Assembly: GCA_012512265.1 (NCBI GenBank)
Contig: JAAZEM010000118.1
Location: forward strand, 6,679-70,678
Reading direction: 5' to 3'
Source: Armatimonadota bacterium
Lineage (GTDB): Bacteria; Armatimonadota; JAAZEB01
DNA: 64,000 nt
Numbering within the stretch: position 1 is the stretch's first letter; every line of letters starts with the position of its first letter. Below the pieces are notes generated by a model. That model searched no databases. It was not told where the DNA came from and saw only the letters and a program-made list of their open reading frames with translations. Shown piece by piece: positions 37,709 through 48,276 of the stretch. Position numbers and translations under genes: made by a program.

Positions 37709-39627
37709 GCGCCCCAGAACGAGTACGTCTCCACCCCGAGAGCGATCCCGATCAGGCTCCAGAGGCAGCCCATCATGATATCGCCCAGGATGAGGCCCAG
37801 GAAGAAGGGGAGGAGCGTTCGGTAGAGCCGCAGCCCGCCCCACTTCAGGATGCTCCCCTTGAGGACCCACGCGATCAGCATCGGCATCCAGACCAGGTTC
37901 ATCGACCACGACCCGGAGATCGTGTAGCCGATCGGATGGAACGGCCACCAGAGGTAGCGCACCCGCATCGCCGAGAGCCCGGTGCAGCAGACCAGGCCGA
38001 ACAGCATCGCCCAGCGCTCCATCATCTGCGGCGGCACCGGCGCGGTGATCTGGCTTTGCAGCCGCCCGAAGATCTGGGTTCCATAGCTGTAGCCCGACCA
38101 GAACTTGCCCGCCGTGCCCAGCGAATACCCCAGGTGCAGGAATGCCCAGATCGACGCCACCATCCCCACGATCCCGGCCAGGACGAGCGCCTTCACCATT
38201 CCCCGGCTGTCGAGACTGGTCATCTGCGCCATCTTCAGCCCTTCCATCTGCACCGGCATCGGGTGCGAGCGGTAGGCGCGGTTGAACCAGTAGAGGAGCG
38301 AGATCATGGAGAGGTCTTGAGGGCGCGCGCCCACGGTCCCCAGCGCCGAGGGGATCATCAGGTCAGGGCTGACGCCGTGGAAATCATGCACCGGCGGGCC
38401 GAGCTCGGCGCGGATCCGCGTGACGACGAAAGAGATCAGCAGGTAGAGGAGCATGAAGCCGATGGCGATCCCCCACGACATCCCGGCGAGCCGGCAGAAG
38501 AGCACCAGGAGCACAACGCCGATTCCGATGCTCGTGATCGCCGCCCGATAGGAGACGGCCTCCTGCAAGTTGCTCAACTCCGAGGGCTTTCCTCGGGCGG
38601 CCAGCCACACCTGGCGCAGGTAGCCGCGCGAGGTCCAGATCAGAGCGATTGCCAGGCCGATCAGCGCGCCGAAGACCTGCTGATCAATGAAGGGGAAGCG
38701 CGGCGTCGCGTCCCATGCCATGGCGTTGGAGAGGACCTTCTGCGCCTTCCAGTAGAAGTAGAAGAACCAGCACGAAAAGAGCAGATCGACGGGCAGCAGG
38801 AAGCAGAGCCCGATGCAGAAGGGATAGAAGGTGACCGGCGTCCAGCCCACGGCATACCACGGCTTCGACTGGAGTATGCGCTGCAGGAAGTCATACTGGC
38901 CCACGTTGAGGTGGGGCAGTGAAGGATAGAAGAGCGCCAGGCCGTTCAGGAGGCTGATCACGAACGCGGGCACGAACCCGGCCCACATGAGGCGGTTGCG
39001 GAAGAGTGGCAACCCAGGGGTGACCAGCTCCAGAGGGAGCACCACGATCGGGAAGGTGAGCCGCTCGCGCGCCATCCACTGCTGCCGGAACACCACGTTC
39101 ATGCAGAGCATGATCCACAGGAGCACCGCGGCGAAGCCGGTCCACGCCAGCGCCGGCACCATCCAGGCGCGCAGGTTCGACCACTGGTAAAGCGACGAGT
39201 AGCCGGAGTAGTAGCCCTTCAGCGCCTCTGTATCTTGCACGGTGAGCCACTTCGGCAGGTGCGGGAGGATAAGGTCAGCCCAGGCGTTCTCAGGACGCGC
39301 GAAGAAGGCGGCGTACCCGATGATCTGCATCAGCACCTGGACGAAATCCATGCCGCATAGCCCGGACGCGAGCGCGACCATGGAGTAGGTGACCAGCAGC
39401 TCCGCGGGGCTCAGTGCTCGCTTCGGGTACCGGCGGGCGATGGCGGCGTTGACGAGCGCCAGGAGCACCAGCACGAAGAGCGCGTTGGCGAAGAGGGAGA
39501 TGCTGGTGACGTAGGGGCCCTTGCGCACCCGCTCCATCTGGACGATCCAGTAGCAGTTGGGCGGGATGAGTAGCAGCCCAAGCAGGATCGAACGCCAGGT
39601 GAGCCGGGCCTTGGGGGGCGCGCTCAT
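37705..39627 (-). CDS. Polytopic membrane protein, DUF6785/DUF6784-like (OPT-related putative transporter)
   Basis: Many TM segments; QW...ERLTFP, LLFSCWFFY, RIRAELG, WWPFHPIGY, PFFLGLILG. Confidence 0.8.
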   Translation of the reverse strand: MSAPPKARLTWRSILLGLLLIPPNCYWIVQMERVRKGPYVTSISLFANALFVLVLLALVNAAIARRYPKRALSPAELLVTYSMVALASGLCGMDFVQVLMQIIGYAAFFARPENAWADLILPHLPKWLTVQDTEALKGYYSGYSSLYQWSNLRAWMVPALAWTGFAAVLLWIMLCMNVVFRQQWMARERLTFPIVVLPLELVTPGLPLFRNRLMWAGFVPAFVISLLNGLALFYPSLPHLNVGQYDFLQRILQSKPWYAVGWTPVTFYPFCIGLCFLLPVDLLFSCWFFYFYWKAQKVLSNAMAWDATPRFPFIDQQVFGALIGLAIALIWTSRGYLRQVWLAARGKPSELSNLQEAVSYRAAITSIGIGVVLLVLFCRLAGMSWGIAIGFMLLYLLISFVVTRIRAELGPPVHDFHGVSPDLMIPSALGTVGARPQDLSMISLLYWFNRAYRSHPMPVQMEGLKMAQMTSLDSRGMVKALVLAGIVGMVASIWAFLHLGYSLGTAGKFWSGYSYGTQIFGRLQSQITAPVPPQMMERWAMLFGLVCCTGLSAMRVRYLWWPFHPIGYTISGSWSMNLVWMPMLIAWVLKGSILKWGGLRLYRTLLPFFLGLILGDIMMGCLWSLIGIALGVETYSFWGA

Positions 39628-39929
39628 GCCTCCCCCTCGTCATCCTCTGGCTTGAGGAGCGACCAGGAAACCGTGGCGCGCACCGAGTCCTCCACGAACT
39701 CGGTGATCAGCTCCTCGCGCGCCAGCACCTCGTCCTGACGCTCCATCTCGGCGATCTCCTTGCGCAGCTTCTCCTGCTCTTTCGGATCCTCCGTTTGTTT
39801 TAGCGCAGCGCGGGTCCCCTCCAGGCGCCTTGCCAGCGCGGCGCGAAGCTCCGCCAGGTAGCTCGAGCGCGGGCGCCCTTCCAGGAACTCGTCGATCTTT
39901 TCCTCTATCTCATCGCGTTCCTGCGGCAT
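39624..39929 (-). CDS. Hypothetical coiled-coil protein
   Basis: Charged helical ORF whose stop overlaps the transporter start. Confidence 0.65.
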   Translation of the reverse strand: MPQERDEIEEKIDEFLEGRPRSSYLAELRAALARRLEGTRAALKQTEDPKEQEKLRKEIAEMERQDEVLAREELITEFVEDSVRATVSWSLLKPEDDEGEA

Positions 39930-40324
39930 CTCAACTCCCACCCTCTCCCCGATCCCGGGGTTGCTTGCCGCCAGATTCTTCCAGTAGAGGGCGGTGTATT
40001 CCTGCCCGGGTCTACCTGGCACCGGTCAGGGAATCGCAAACACGGGCGGGGGAGTTCGGAGGAAGCAGAGCGTTCTCTGCATTGAGAGGAGCCGGCGTAA
40101 GAGCTCAGGAGGGCCACGGGCGGGCGCAGAGAGAGGCGCCCTTACGGAGGGTGGATCATGCGTGCCGCACCATGCGGTGTCGGGGTTTTTCTTTACCCCG
40201 GCCCGCTTTCAGCTTACCCCGTATGGGCCAGGTCTTAGATCGGGACAAAGCGCACGCGGGGGGCCTGCCGCGCATCGGGCCTCTGTGCGCGAATGCTCCC
40301 CTACATCCCGGCTCACACGGGGGC

Positions 40325-40531
40325 TTACCTCCGGACAACCCGCTCCAGACCCAGGATCGCCAGGTAGACTAGCATGAAAGTGATGGCGAGGGCCGCTCCA
40401 GGCCAACTGCCACCCACCGCGTGATAGAGCACCAATGCCGCCGCGCCTATCAGCACAACCCGGATCTCTACCGGCCATCTCATTGCCATTCTCCCTCGCG
40501 GGCGGTCGTCTTGTCTCGGCTCGTCGGCCAT
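40325..40531 (-). CDS. Small two-TM membrane protein
   Basis: GAGGAGGT RBS; two hydrophobic stretches. Confidence 0.65.
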   Translation of the reverse strand: MADEPRQDDRPRGRMAMRWPVEIRVVLIGAAALVLYHAVGGSWPGAALAITFMLVYLAILGLERVVRR

Positions 40532-40689
40532 GCACACCTCCTCGGCAGCGCGTGCTGCCTGGCCCAACGGGAGTTTAGCCACTGACGCCGGTGTTCAAAC
40601 GCGCCGGGGCTGACCAGCGGGTGCTACCATCCCCACCGGCAGGAATGCTGCTCCACGGGTCTAACCAGACTCGGCAAGGGGGTCCAAAG

Positions 40690-43600
40690 ATGATCAAGCA
40701 CTGCGCAGCGCTTCTCTTCTTCCTCTCCATCGTTGGGGCGGACGCCCAAAGCTGGCACCACCCGCTCTACCTGGGCAACGGTGAGCTATGGCGCCAGCGC
40801 ATTCCGGTCACCATCTACAACGAGATGGAACGCGACGCGGCGGGCGAGCCGGTCGTCCTGCACGTGGGCAAGGGCGATGGCGAGGCGGATCTCGCCGGCG
40901 TGCCCGTCTCTCAGATCCGGCTGTGCAACGCCGCGGGACAGGAGCTCCTCTTCGCCGTCACCAGCCCCGCCGGCTCCCTGGTGACCCGGGGCTCGGTGCC
41001 CGCCGGATCGACGCTGACGCTTCCCGCGGAGTGCCCGGCGCGCGGGACGGCGCACTACTACCTCTACTTTGATAATCCGGTGGCCTGGGCCGTGCCCGAT
41101 TTTCTGAACGCTGCGGCGGGCGTGCGCAACGGGAGCGTGGAGGAGGGCACCGGCGACACGCCGGCCCACTGGATCCACGACCGGCAGGATCCCGAGCACC
41201 AGCTGTTCTGGACCACCGAGAACCCGCGCTCCGGGAAACGCTGCCTCAAGACGGTGGTTGCCGAGGGTGCCGAGCCGACCTGGATCGCCACCCGGCAGCG
41301 CGATATCCACATCATCGGCGGCGCGAAGTACGTGATGCGCGCGTGGGTGAAGGCCGAGAACGTGCGCGGCCATGCCGGCTGGTACATCCACGTCGGCAAC
41401 GCGCAAAACCCGATGATGATCGCGCCGATGCTAAGCGGTGGCGAGGGGACCTACGACTGGAGGGAAGTCACCGCCGAGTTTACCGCGCCCCCGGAGGCAA
41501 ACCGCGCCAGCCTCGGGACGGTGCTGCGCGGCACCGGCACCGCCTGGTTTGACGACGTGAGCCTGGAGTGCACGGAGAAGCCGCGCCTTCTGGCGCGCGC
41601 CGGCAAGCCGGAACGCCTCTCCTTGCGTCGCGCCGGCGCGGACGCGAAGTGGTTTGATGAGAATCCGCGGGACGACATCATCTGGAGCCACCGCGTGCCG
41701 ATCCGCGTGCGCAACTTCTCGGACGAGGCGCGCGACGCCCACCTTGCCTATGTGGATCTCTCCGGGCTCATGGCCCGGCTGCGCGGCAAGATCCGCCCCG
41801 AGGCGATTCGCGTCACCGATGGCGACCGCGTCGTGCCCCATTGCCTCCTCGGGCAGGGAGTGCTCATCGAAGGAGACATTCCCGCGCGGACCGAACGCAC
41901 CTACTTCATCTATCTCTCCGCGGATCCGCGGATCCGGCCGGGCACCACAGCCAGCTATGAGGCGCTTCTGGATGGCCCGCGCAACCTGGCGCGCAACGCC
42001 AGTTTCGAGCAGGGGACCGCGCTCCCCGACGAATGGCCCGGCGGCGCCGAGAGCGAGAGCCCCGCCGGCACCCGGATGGGCCTGGATGAGGCCGGCCTCT
42101 TCGGGAAACGGTGCGTCCGCATGCAGATCCCGCACGACTCGAAGCTGGCCTGGACCGGCTGGCGCCAAGATGTGCCGGTGAAACCGAGACGCACCTACCT
42201 CTACGCCGCATGGCTAAAGACGCGCGACATCCGCAACGGCTCGGTGCAGCTTCATGCCCACTACCGGAACATGGCCGGCGAGCACTGCGAGAGCCAGAAA
42301 TTCGCCGCCACTGGCCCGGCGCTCACCGGGACGAACGACTGGACCTCGCTTTCCGGCCTCTTCACGATGCCGGACGATATCGCCAACTTCCAGCTCCACC
42401 TGACGATGCTGGCGAGCGGCACGGTGTGGCACGACGGCGTCCTTCTCGCCGAAGTCACCCCGGCCGAAACGGGCGCGCTCGAGGCGCGCGAGGCCCCGAT
42501 AACCACCCGCCTGGCCATCTGGCCCGTGAATCCCCTGGTGAAGGTGTTTCAAGAGGACGTGCCCCCGCGGGTGCCTGCTCAGGTGCGCGTTTCTGCCGCC
42601 CGGAACGAGAAGGAGCCGCTGCAGCTCGCTGTCCGCGGCCCGGCCGCGATCCAGGGCATCCGGATCGAGGTGACGCCGCCTGCTCATCGCACCGGCGCCC
42701 GCCTACCCGCGCCCGAGGTCGCCGTCGTCGGCTACGTGCCGGTGGATCACAAGACGAGCTACTATAGCAGCAACACGCCCGAGTGGCACCGCAAGTTCCC
42801 CACCAGCACTGGCGCCTCGGATGGCTGGGTTGGCATGTGGCCGGACCCGCTTCTCCCGCGAGACGCCTTCGACCTGGAGCCGAACAAAACCCAGCCGTTC
42901 TGGATCACCTTCTCGGTGCCCAAGAACGCCGCTCCCGGGGACTACACCGGGGAGGTTCGGCTGGTCGCCGGCGGAAAGCGGATTGCCACGGTGCCCTACA
43001 CGGTGCACGTGTGGAGCTTCACCCTCCCGGATGAGGCGCACGTCGGGGCCATCTACGATGTGCGCCGCGGGCCCATGTGGACGACGCCCGGCAAGAGCGC
43101 GGACGAGGAGCGGCGCGAGTTCTGGAAGTTCATGGCCGAGCGCCGCCTTTGCCCGGACCGGATCCTGCCCAACCCGGTGATCCGCTACGAGAACGGCCGG
43201 GTGATCACCGACTTCACCGAGTACGACAAGGCGGCGGACTACTACTTCAACGTCCTGAAGCTGCCCACGTCGTACATGCCGTCGCACTTCACACTGTTTG
43301 GGTGGGGGCACCCGCCCGCCGAGAAGTTCGGCGAGAAGCCGTATGAGGGCAACTACCCGTATGAAGGCGTGGACCGGCGGAAACTCCGGCCCGAGTACAA
43401 GCGTGCCTACCAGGCGTGCCTGAAAGCCTACTGGGAGCACGTGAAGGCGAAGGGATGGCACAAGAAGCTCGTCCTCTACATCTCGGATGAGCCCTATTAC
43501 TCCCGCCCGGAGATCATCGCGCAGATGCAGGCGCTGTGCGAGATGATCCGCGAGGTCGACCCCGAGATCCCGATCTATTGCAGCACGTGGCACCACGTGC

Positions 43601-44220
43601 CCGAGTGGGACGGATACCTCTCGCTGTGGGGCATCGGCCACTACGGGATCGTCAAGCCGGAGAAGATCGCGGAGCTCCGGCAGGCCGGCACCCGGGTCCG
43701 CTGGACTACGGACGGCCAGATGTGCACCGACACGCCGTACCTGGCCGTGGAGCGCCTGTTGCCGCACTACTGCTTCCACTACGACGTGGAAGCCTACGAG
43801 TTCTGGGGGATCGACTGGCTCACCTACAACCCGTACCAATTCGGCTGGCATAGCTACATCCGCCAGAGCGGCGAGCCGGGCAAGACGACCTGGGTGCGCT
43901 ATCCCAACGGCGACGGCTTTCTCGCCTATCCGGGACACCTGATCGGCGTGGATGGCCCGGTGACCTCGGTCCGCCTGGAGCAGGCCCGAGAAGGCGTGGA
44001 AGATTACGAGTATCTCAATCTGCTGCGCCAGCTCGTGGCAAAAGCCGGCCCGCGCGCGAAGGGACTGGATGCCGCGAAGAAGGCCCTGGAGAAGGCACGC
44101 GCGCTCGTCTCGATCCCGAACGCCGGCGGGCGCTACTCCACGAAGATCCTTCCGGACCCGGACGCCCTCCTCGCCGCGCGCGAGGCCGTGGCCAAAGCGA
44201 TCGAAGGGCTGGCGAGGTAG
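40690..44220 (+). CDS. Large secreted putative glycoside hydrolase (two CBM4/9-like modules plus GH123-like/DUF4091 domain)
   Basis: Signal peptide; RNGSVEEG and RNASFEQG modules, AARNEKEPLQ, YISDEP, GDGFLAYPG, SVRLEQAREGVEDYEY. Confidence 0.8.
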   Translation: MIKHCAALLFFLSIVGADAQSWHHPLYLGNGELWRQRIPVTIYNEMERDAAGEPVVLHVGKGDGEADLAGVPVSQIRLCNAAGQELLFAVTSPAGSLVTRGSVPAGSTLTLPAECPARGTAHYYLYFDNPVAWAVPDFLNAAAGVRNGSVEEGTGDTPAHWIHDRQDPEHQLFWTTENPRSGKRCLKTVVAEGAEPTWIATRQRDIHIIGGAKYVMRAWVKAENVRGHAGWYIHVGNAQNPMMIAPMLSGGEGTYDWREVTAEFTAPPEANRASLGTVLRGTGTAWFDDVSLECTEKPRLLARAGKPERLSLRRAGADAKWFDENPRDDIIWSHRVPIRVRNFSDEARDAHLAYVDLSGLMARLRGKIRPEAIRVTDGDRVVPHCLLGQGVLIEGDIPARTERTYFIYLSADPRIRPGTTASYEALLDGPRNLARNASFEQGTALPDEWPGGAESESPAGTRMGLDEAGLFGKRCVRMQIPHDSKLAWTGWRQDVPVKPRRTYLYAAWLKTRDIRNGSVQLHAHYRNMAGEHCESQKFAATGPALTGTNDWTSLSGLFTMPDDIANFQLHLTMLASGTVWHDGVLLAEVTPAETGALEAREAPITTRLAIWPVNPLVKVFQEDVPPRVPAQVRVSAARNEKEPLQLAVRGPAAIQGIRIEVTPPAHRTGARLPAPEVAVVGYVPVDHKTSYYSSNTPEWHRKFPTSTGASDGWVGMWPDPLLPRDAFDLEPNKTQPFWITFSVPKNAAPGDYTGEVRLVAGGKRIATVPYTVHVWSFTLPDEAHVGAIYDVRRGPMWTTPGKSADEERREFWKFMAERRLCPDRILPNPVIRYENGRVITDFTEYDKAADYYFNVLKLPTSYMPSHFTLFGWGHPPAEKFGEKPYEGNYPYEGVDRRKLRPEYKRAYQACLKAYWEHVKAKGWHKKLVLYISDEPYYSRPEIIAQMQALCEMIREVDPEIPIYCSTWHHVPEWDGYLSLWGIGHYGIVKPEKIAELRQAGTRVRWTTDGQMCTDTPYLAVERLLPHYCFHYDVEAYEFWGIDWLTYNPYQFGWHSYIRQSGEPGKTTWVRYPNGDGFLAYPGHLIGVDGPVTSVRLEQAREGVEDYEYLNLLRQLVAKAGPRAKGLDAAKKALEKARALVSIPNAGGRYSTKILPDPDALLAAREAVAKAIEGLAR

Positions 44221-44224
44221 TACG

Positions 44225-44941
44225 ATGGCGGTGCTCGACAACTGGTTCATCCAGGTGCATGACTTCATCTACGTGAAGGAAGAAGAGGGGAGCGACGCGG
44301 AGGCAGAGTGCATTCTCCGCTTGCTGGGGCTGCGCGCGGGCGACCGGGTCCTCGATGCCCCGAGCGCGGCGGGACGCATCGCCGTGCGTCTGGCGCGCGC
44401 CGGCTGCCATGTGACCGCGGTGGATATCAATCATGACTATCTGAAGCGTGCCCGCGCCCGCTTCCAGGCAGAGGGCCTGAAAGGTGAATTCTGCCAGGCG
44501 GATCTGCGCCGCCTCCCGCTCCGGGAAGGCTTCGACGCGGTCTGTAACTGGTGGTCCAGCTTCGGCTACTTCTCCGACGCGGAGAACCTGCGGGTGCTGC
44601 GCGGGATGGTGGCCGCGCTCCGCCCGGGTGGCCGCCTCATCATCGAGCAGCCGAACCGACACTTTGTCCTCCGCCGCCTCCGTCCGGTGATGACCGAGAG
44701 CGATTGGGTCCTACTCACCAACTGGAACGCCCGCACTCAGCGCCTGGAATCGGTGTGGATCCACGAGGAGGATGGCCGCGAGGAGCGCTACCCGATGTCG
44801 ATTCGCTGGTACACCTGGGCGCAGTTTCGCTCGCTCTTCCGGAAGGCCGGCCTTACCCTCGAGGCGGCCTATGGCGACCATGATGGGAGCGACTACACCC
44901 CCTCCTCGCGCCGGCTCATCGTCGTCGGCCGGAAAGGGTGA
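44225..44941 (+). CDS. Class I SAM-dependent methyltransferase
   Basis: RVLDAPSAAGRIA, AVD, DLRRLP, SFGYF, LRPGGRL. Confidence 0.88.
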   Translation: MAVLDNWFIQVHDFIYVKEEEGSDAEAECILRLLGLRAGDRVLDAPSAAGRIAVRLARAGCHVTAVDINHDYLKRARARFQAEGLKGEFCQADLRRLPLREGFDAVCNWWSSFGYFSDAENLRVLRGMVAALRPGGRLIIEQPNRHFVLRRLRPVMTESDWVLLTNWNARTQRLESVWIHEEDGREERYPMSIRWYTWAQFRSLFRKAGLTLEAAYGDHDGSDYTPSSRRLIVVGRKG

Positions 44942-45074
44942 GCGCGCCAGGGCCCCGGATGCCGCCGGACACAGGAAACGCCGCGGGAAACGCGAAGGAA
45001 CAGAGCAACGCGAAGCCCTCACGTGGCCTGGTTGCCCGCGCCTCGCGAGAGCTTCTCGTCGGGAGGTGACGGCC

Positions 45075-48026
45075 ATGACCTTCTCGCACTCGCTCGCCAT
45101 GTTTCTGCTGCTTGTCGCTCTCGCGGCGCCTGCGATTTCGGCGCCAGCCGCCCCGGTGACGCTTCAGTCTGGTGATTGGACCGCGACGCTGGGACCCACG
45201 GGCCTCGCCCTCACGCATCGCGGCGAGGTGATCTCGGGTGGCTCCTACTTTCACGTCTTCGCCCCGGAGTATCAGGGAGCGGTCTTCAGCTCCACTGATG
45301 CGTGGAACAAGGGGACGGTGGAGGTCTCTCCCGATGGCCGGACGGCGACCCTCACCGCCGATCTTCAGAACGGCCCCTTCTCCTATCGGTTGGAGCTGGA
45401 TGGGAACACCGCACGGATCACGATCCGGCTCTCGGTGAAGGATGGCGTCCCGGTAGGGCCGGTGGAGTGCTCGCTCTTGCAGTTCCCGGAACCCCTCACC
45501 AAGGACGGCGTGATCGAGGTGTGGAATGCCGCGGGCCTGGTCACGCATCGTGAGCCCATACCGGCGACGCCGGTGCGTGGCGGCCTGGCGCCGTCGGGCC
45601 AGGGGTTCACGTTAAAGACGCCGGCACGCAAGATCGTCATCGAGGCGCTCGACTTTGGCACCGTCTACCCCTTTGATGCCCGCCATGAGCGCTATGCCTC
45701 GCGGCGCGGCGTGTGGTCTTTCAGCTCGCCCCCGGCGCGCGCGGGGGGCGAGACCGTCGCGAGGTTCGTCGTCCGTGTTGAGCCGCCCGATCCCGCGCGC
45801 TCCCCGGGCCGGATCACTCTCGCCCCGCGAGCGGACGCGACCGCGATCCTTACCGGGACCAACCCGACCGCGCGCGAGACACTGGCGACCGACGAGCTGG
45901 CGAGCATTCTGGAGGAGATGATCGGCCGGCGCCTGGAGCGCGGGGTGGCGAGCGGCAAGGGAGCCCCCGCCGGGACGATCCTGGTGGGACAGGCCGCGGT
46001 GGCCGCGGGGCTCATCTCGCAAAAGGAGCTTAACGCCGTGGCGCCCGATGGCTATGTCGTGCGCGTGCGCGGCGGGCGCGCGGGGATCTGCGGGTGGCGC
46101 GATGTCGGGACGGTTTATGGCGCGTATGCGCTGCTCCGCCACCTGGGCTGTCGCTTCTACGCGCCTAACTGCGAGACGATCCCCCGGCGAGACACGCTTG
46201 TGATCCCCGAGTGCACCCTTTCCGCGAAGCCGTTCTTCGAGTTTCGCAACCTCACCGGCAACCTGAAGCTGGGGCATACCCCGAAGGACGATATCATGGA
46301 CCCGCGCGCGATTGGCGAGCCGGGGAATATCGTCCATTCGGCGGAGTACCTGCTCCCCTACGACACCTACCACAAGGAGCACCCCGAATACTTCGCGCTT
46401 CAGAAGGATGGCCGGCGCCTCACCCGGGACCCGGACGCGCACCGGTTCGACGTTCACCTCTGCCTGGCCAATCCGGACGTGCGCCGGATCTCCGCCGAGC
46501 GCCTCCTCGCGCTCATCGAGAAGCAGCCGGATCGCACCTTCTTCGGCGTCTCGCAGGGCGATGGCCACGCTTGGTGCGAGTGCGAGGAGTGCAAGCATCT
46601 GGATGGCGCTCCGGGAGTGATGACCGACCGCCTTCTCGACTACGTGAACCACATCGCGCGCGAGGTGGCGCGCAAGTACCCGGATAAGCGCATCCTCACG
46701 CTCGCCTACACGAACGCCACTTCACCCCCGCCCACGCGCGTGTTCCCCGAGCCGAATGTGATGGTCCAGTACTGCCCCTATCCCCCGCGCACCGGGTGCA
46801 GCAGCCACGACCTCACCTGCGAGAAGAACACGCAGAGCCAGCAGGACCTCCTCGGGTGGCTCGAAAAGTGCCCCAAGAACATGTACATCTTCGACTACCC
46901 GACCGGCTACCAGAACATCTACGAGCCGTTCGGCAGCTTCTACGCGATGAAGCGGAAGCTGGAGCTCTATGCCACGCGCGGGGTGCGCGGCATCTTCTAC
47001 TGCGGCACGCCGCGCAACTTCCAGGACCTCTTCATCTACGTCCAGAGCCACCTCCTGTGGAATCCAGATACCCCCGTGGAGCCGCTGATTGATGAATTCA
47101 TGAGGGCCTATTACGGCCCGGCGGCGCCGAAGGTGCGCGCCTACTTCGATTTCATGCACCGCGAGGTGGACGAGCGCCCCATCCATCAGATGTGCGAGGG
47201 CCCCAGCACGCACTTCGTCACCCCGGAGTATGCCGAGACGGCGCTGAAGCTCCTGGGCGAGGCAGAGGAGGCCGCGCGGGACGACCGCGCCGCTCTTTAC
47301 CGGGTGCGCGTCGAAAAGCTGTGCGTGCTGTTTGGTGACCTGAACGCCCGGAACCCGTTCAATGGCCGGCTGGTGGTAAGCGAGGATGCCTTTGCCCGGC
47401 GCCTGGCGGAGTTCGCGCGGATCGCCCGTACCATGCGCCTTGGCGGGTTTGTCCGCCGCCTGCCCCCGGAGGAATGGCTGCAGCGCGTGGCCCGGATCAA
47501 GCCGGAACGAAAACCGTGGTACCTGGACCCGGTGATCGAGCGTCTGGCCACCGATCCGGCGGGCACACTGGCGGCAGAGCAACAGCGCTACCTGCAGACG
47601 GAGATCCCCGGCGGCTGGCGGTTGGAGCTCGAGGGGTTCCGTGGCGCGCGCGGCCCCGAGGAGTATGGCTACCTGTGTCCCCCGCGGAGGGCGATCTGGA
47701 TCTACGGCACCAACACCGAGCACCCGCGGATGTGGACGGTGCTTCACCTCAAGGCTGCGCCGAAGGGCGCGGCCCAGCTGGTGCTCACCGCCCAGGATGA
47801 TGATAAGCCCGGAGCCGTTCCCGTGCGCGTTTCGCTCAACGGGCTCGTGCTTTTCGAGGGGCCGAACCCGTTCCGCGAGCGCGGCTGGTCCACCGAAAGC
47901 TTGGCCATCCCCGCGGGCGTGCTGAGGCAGGGCGAGAATGAACTCCGCATAGAGACCCTCGGGGAATCCCGCGCGCGCGATGCCGGCTGGTTCATGCTCG
48001 CCGATTGCCAGGTGCTCGTGCCGTAG
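45075..48026 (+). CDS. Secreted DUF4838-like protein (putative glycanase)
   Basis: Signal peptide; GTVYGAYALL, HPEYFAL, LCLANP, WCECEEC, LAY, LLWNP, YYGPAA; GGAGGT RBS. Confidence 0.78.
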   Translation: MTFSHSLAMFLLLVALAAPAISAPAAPVTLQSGDWTATLGPTGLALTHRGEVISGGSYFHVFAPEYQGAVFSSTDAWNKGTVEVSPDGRTATLTADLQNGPFSYRLELDGNTARITIRLSVKDGVPVGPVECSLLQFPEPLTKDGVIEVWNAAGLVTHREPIPATPVRGGLAPSGQGFTLKTPARKIVIEALDFGTVYPFDARHERYASRRGVWSFSSPPARAGGETVARFVVRVEPPDPARSPGRITLAPRADATAILTGTNPTARETLATDELASILEEMIGRRLERGVASGKGAPAGTILVGQAAVAAGLISQKELNAVAPDGYVVRVRGGRAGICGWRDVGTVYGAYALLRHLGCRFYAPNCETIPRRDTLVIPECTLSAKPFFEFRNLTGNLKLGHTPKDDIMDPRAIGEPGNIVHSAEYLLPYDTYHKEHPEYFALQKDGRRLTRDPDAHRFDVHLCLANPDVRRISAERLLALIEKQPDRTFFGVSQGDGHAWCECEECKHLDGAPGVMTDRLLDYVNHIAREVARKYPDKRILTLAYTNATSPPPTRVFPEPNVMVQYCPYPPRTGCSSHDLTCEKNTQSQQDLLGWLEKCPKNMYIFDYPTGYQNIYEPFGSFYAMKRKLELYATRGVRGIFYCGTPRNFQDLFIYVQSHLLWNPDTPVEPLIDEFMRAYYGPAAPKVRAYFDFMHREVDERPIHQMCEGPSTHFVTPEYAETALKLLGEAEEAARDDRAALYRVRVEKLCVLFGDLNARNPFNGRLVVSEDAFARRLAEFARIARTMRLGGFVRRLPPEEWLQRVARIKPERKPWYLDPVIERLATDPAGTLAAEQQRYLQTEIPGGWRLELEGFRGARGPEEYGYLCPPRRAIWIYGTNTEHPRMWTVLHLKAAPKGAAQLVLTAQDDDKPGAVPVRVSLNGLVLFEGPNPFRERGWSTESLAIPAGVLRQGENELRIETLGESRARDAGWFMLADCQVLVP

Positions 48027-48276
48027 CCAGGGCGAAGCGCCCCGGAGGAGCGTCGGCGCGAATCGTCTCCAGGAGATGGAGTGCTCGTCGCTTCTCCGGG
48101 GCTGTTCCACGCCAGACCCCCTACGCCCGAGATCCGAGTGGCAACCTCCCTGGCATGAATCCGCCAGGCGCTTGTCGAACACTGAAGCACGCCTGGCGTG
48201 CAGGCATCCCAGGGTTCGTTATCGAACCGGGTTTGCGAAGCGCACTCTTTCATAGGCCTGAGCCACGGGAGGTCCC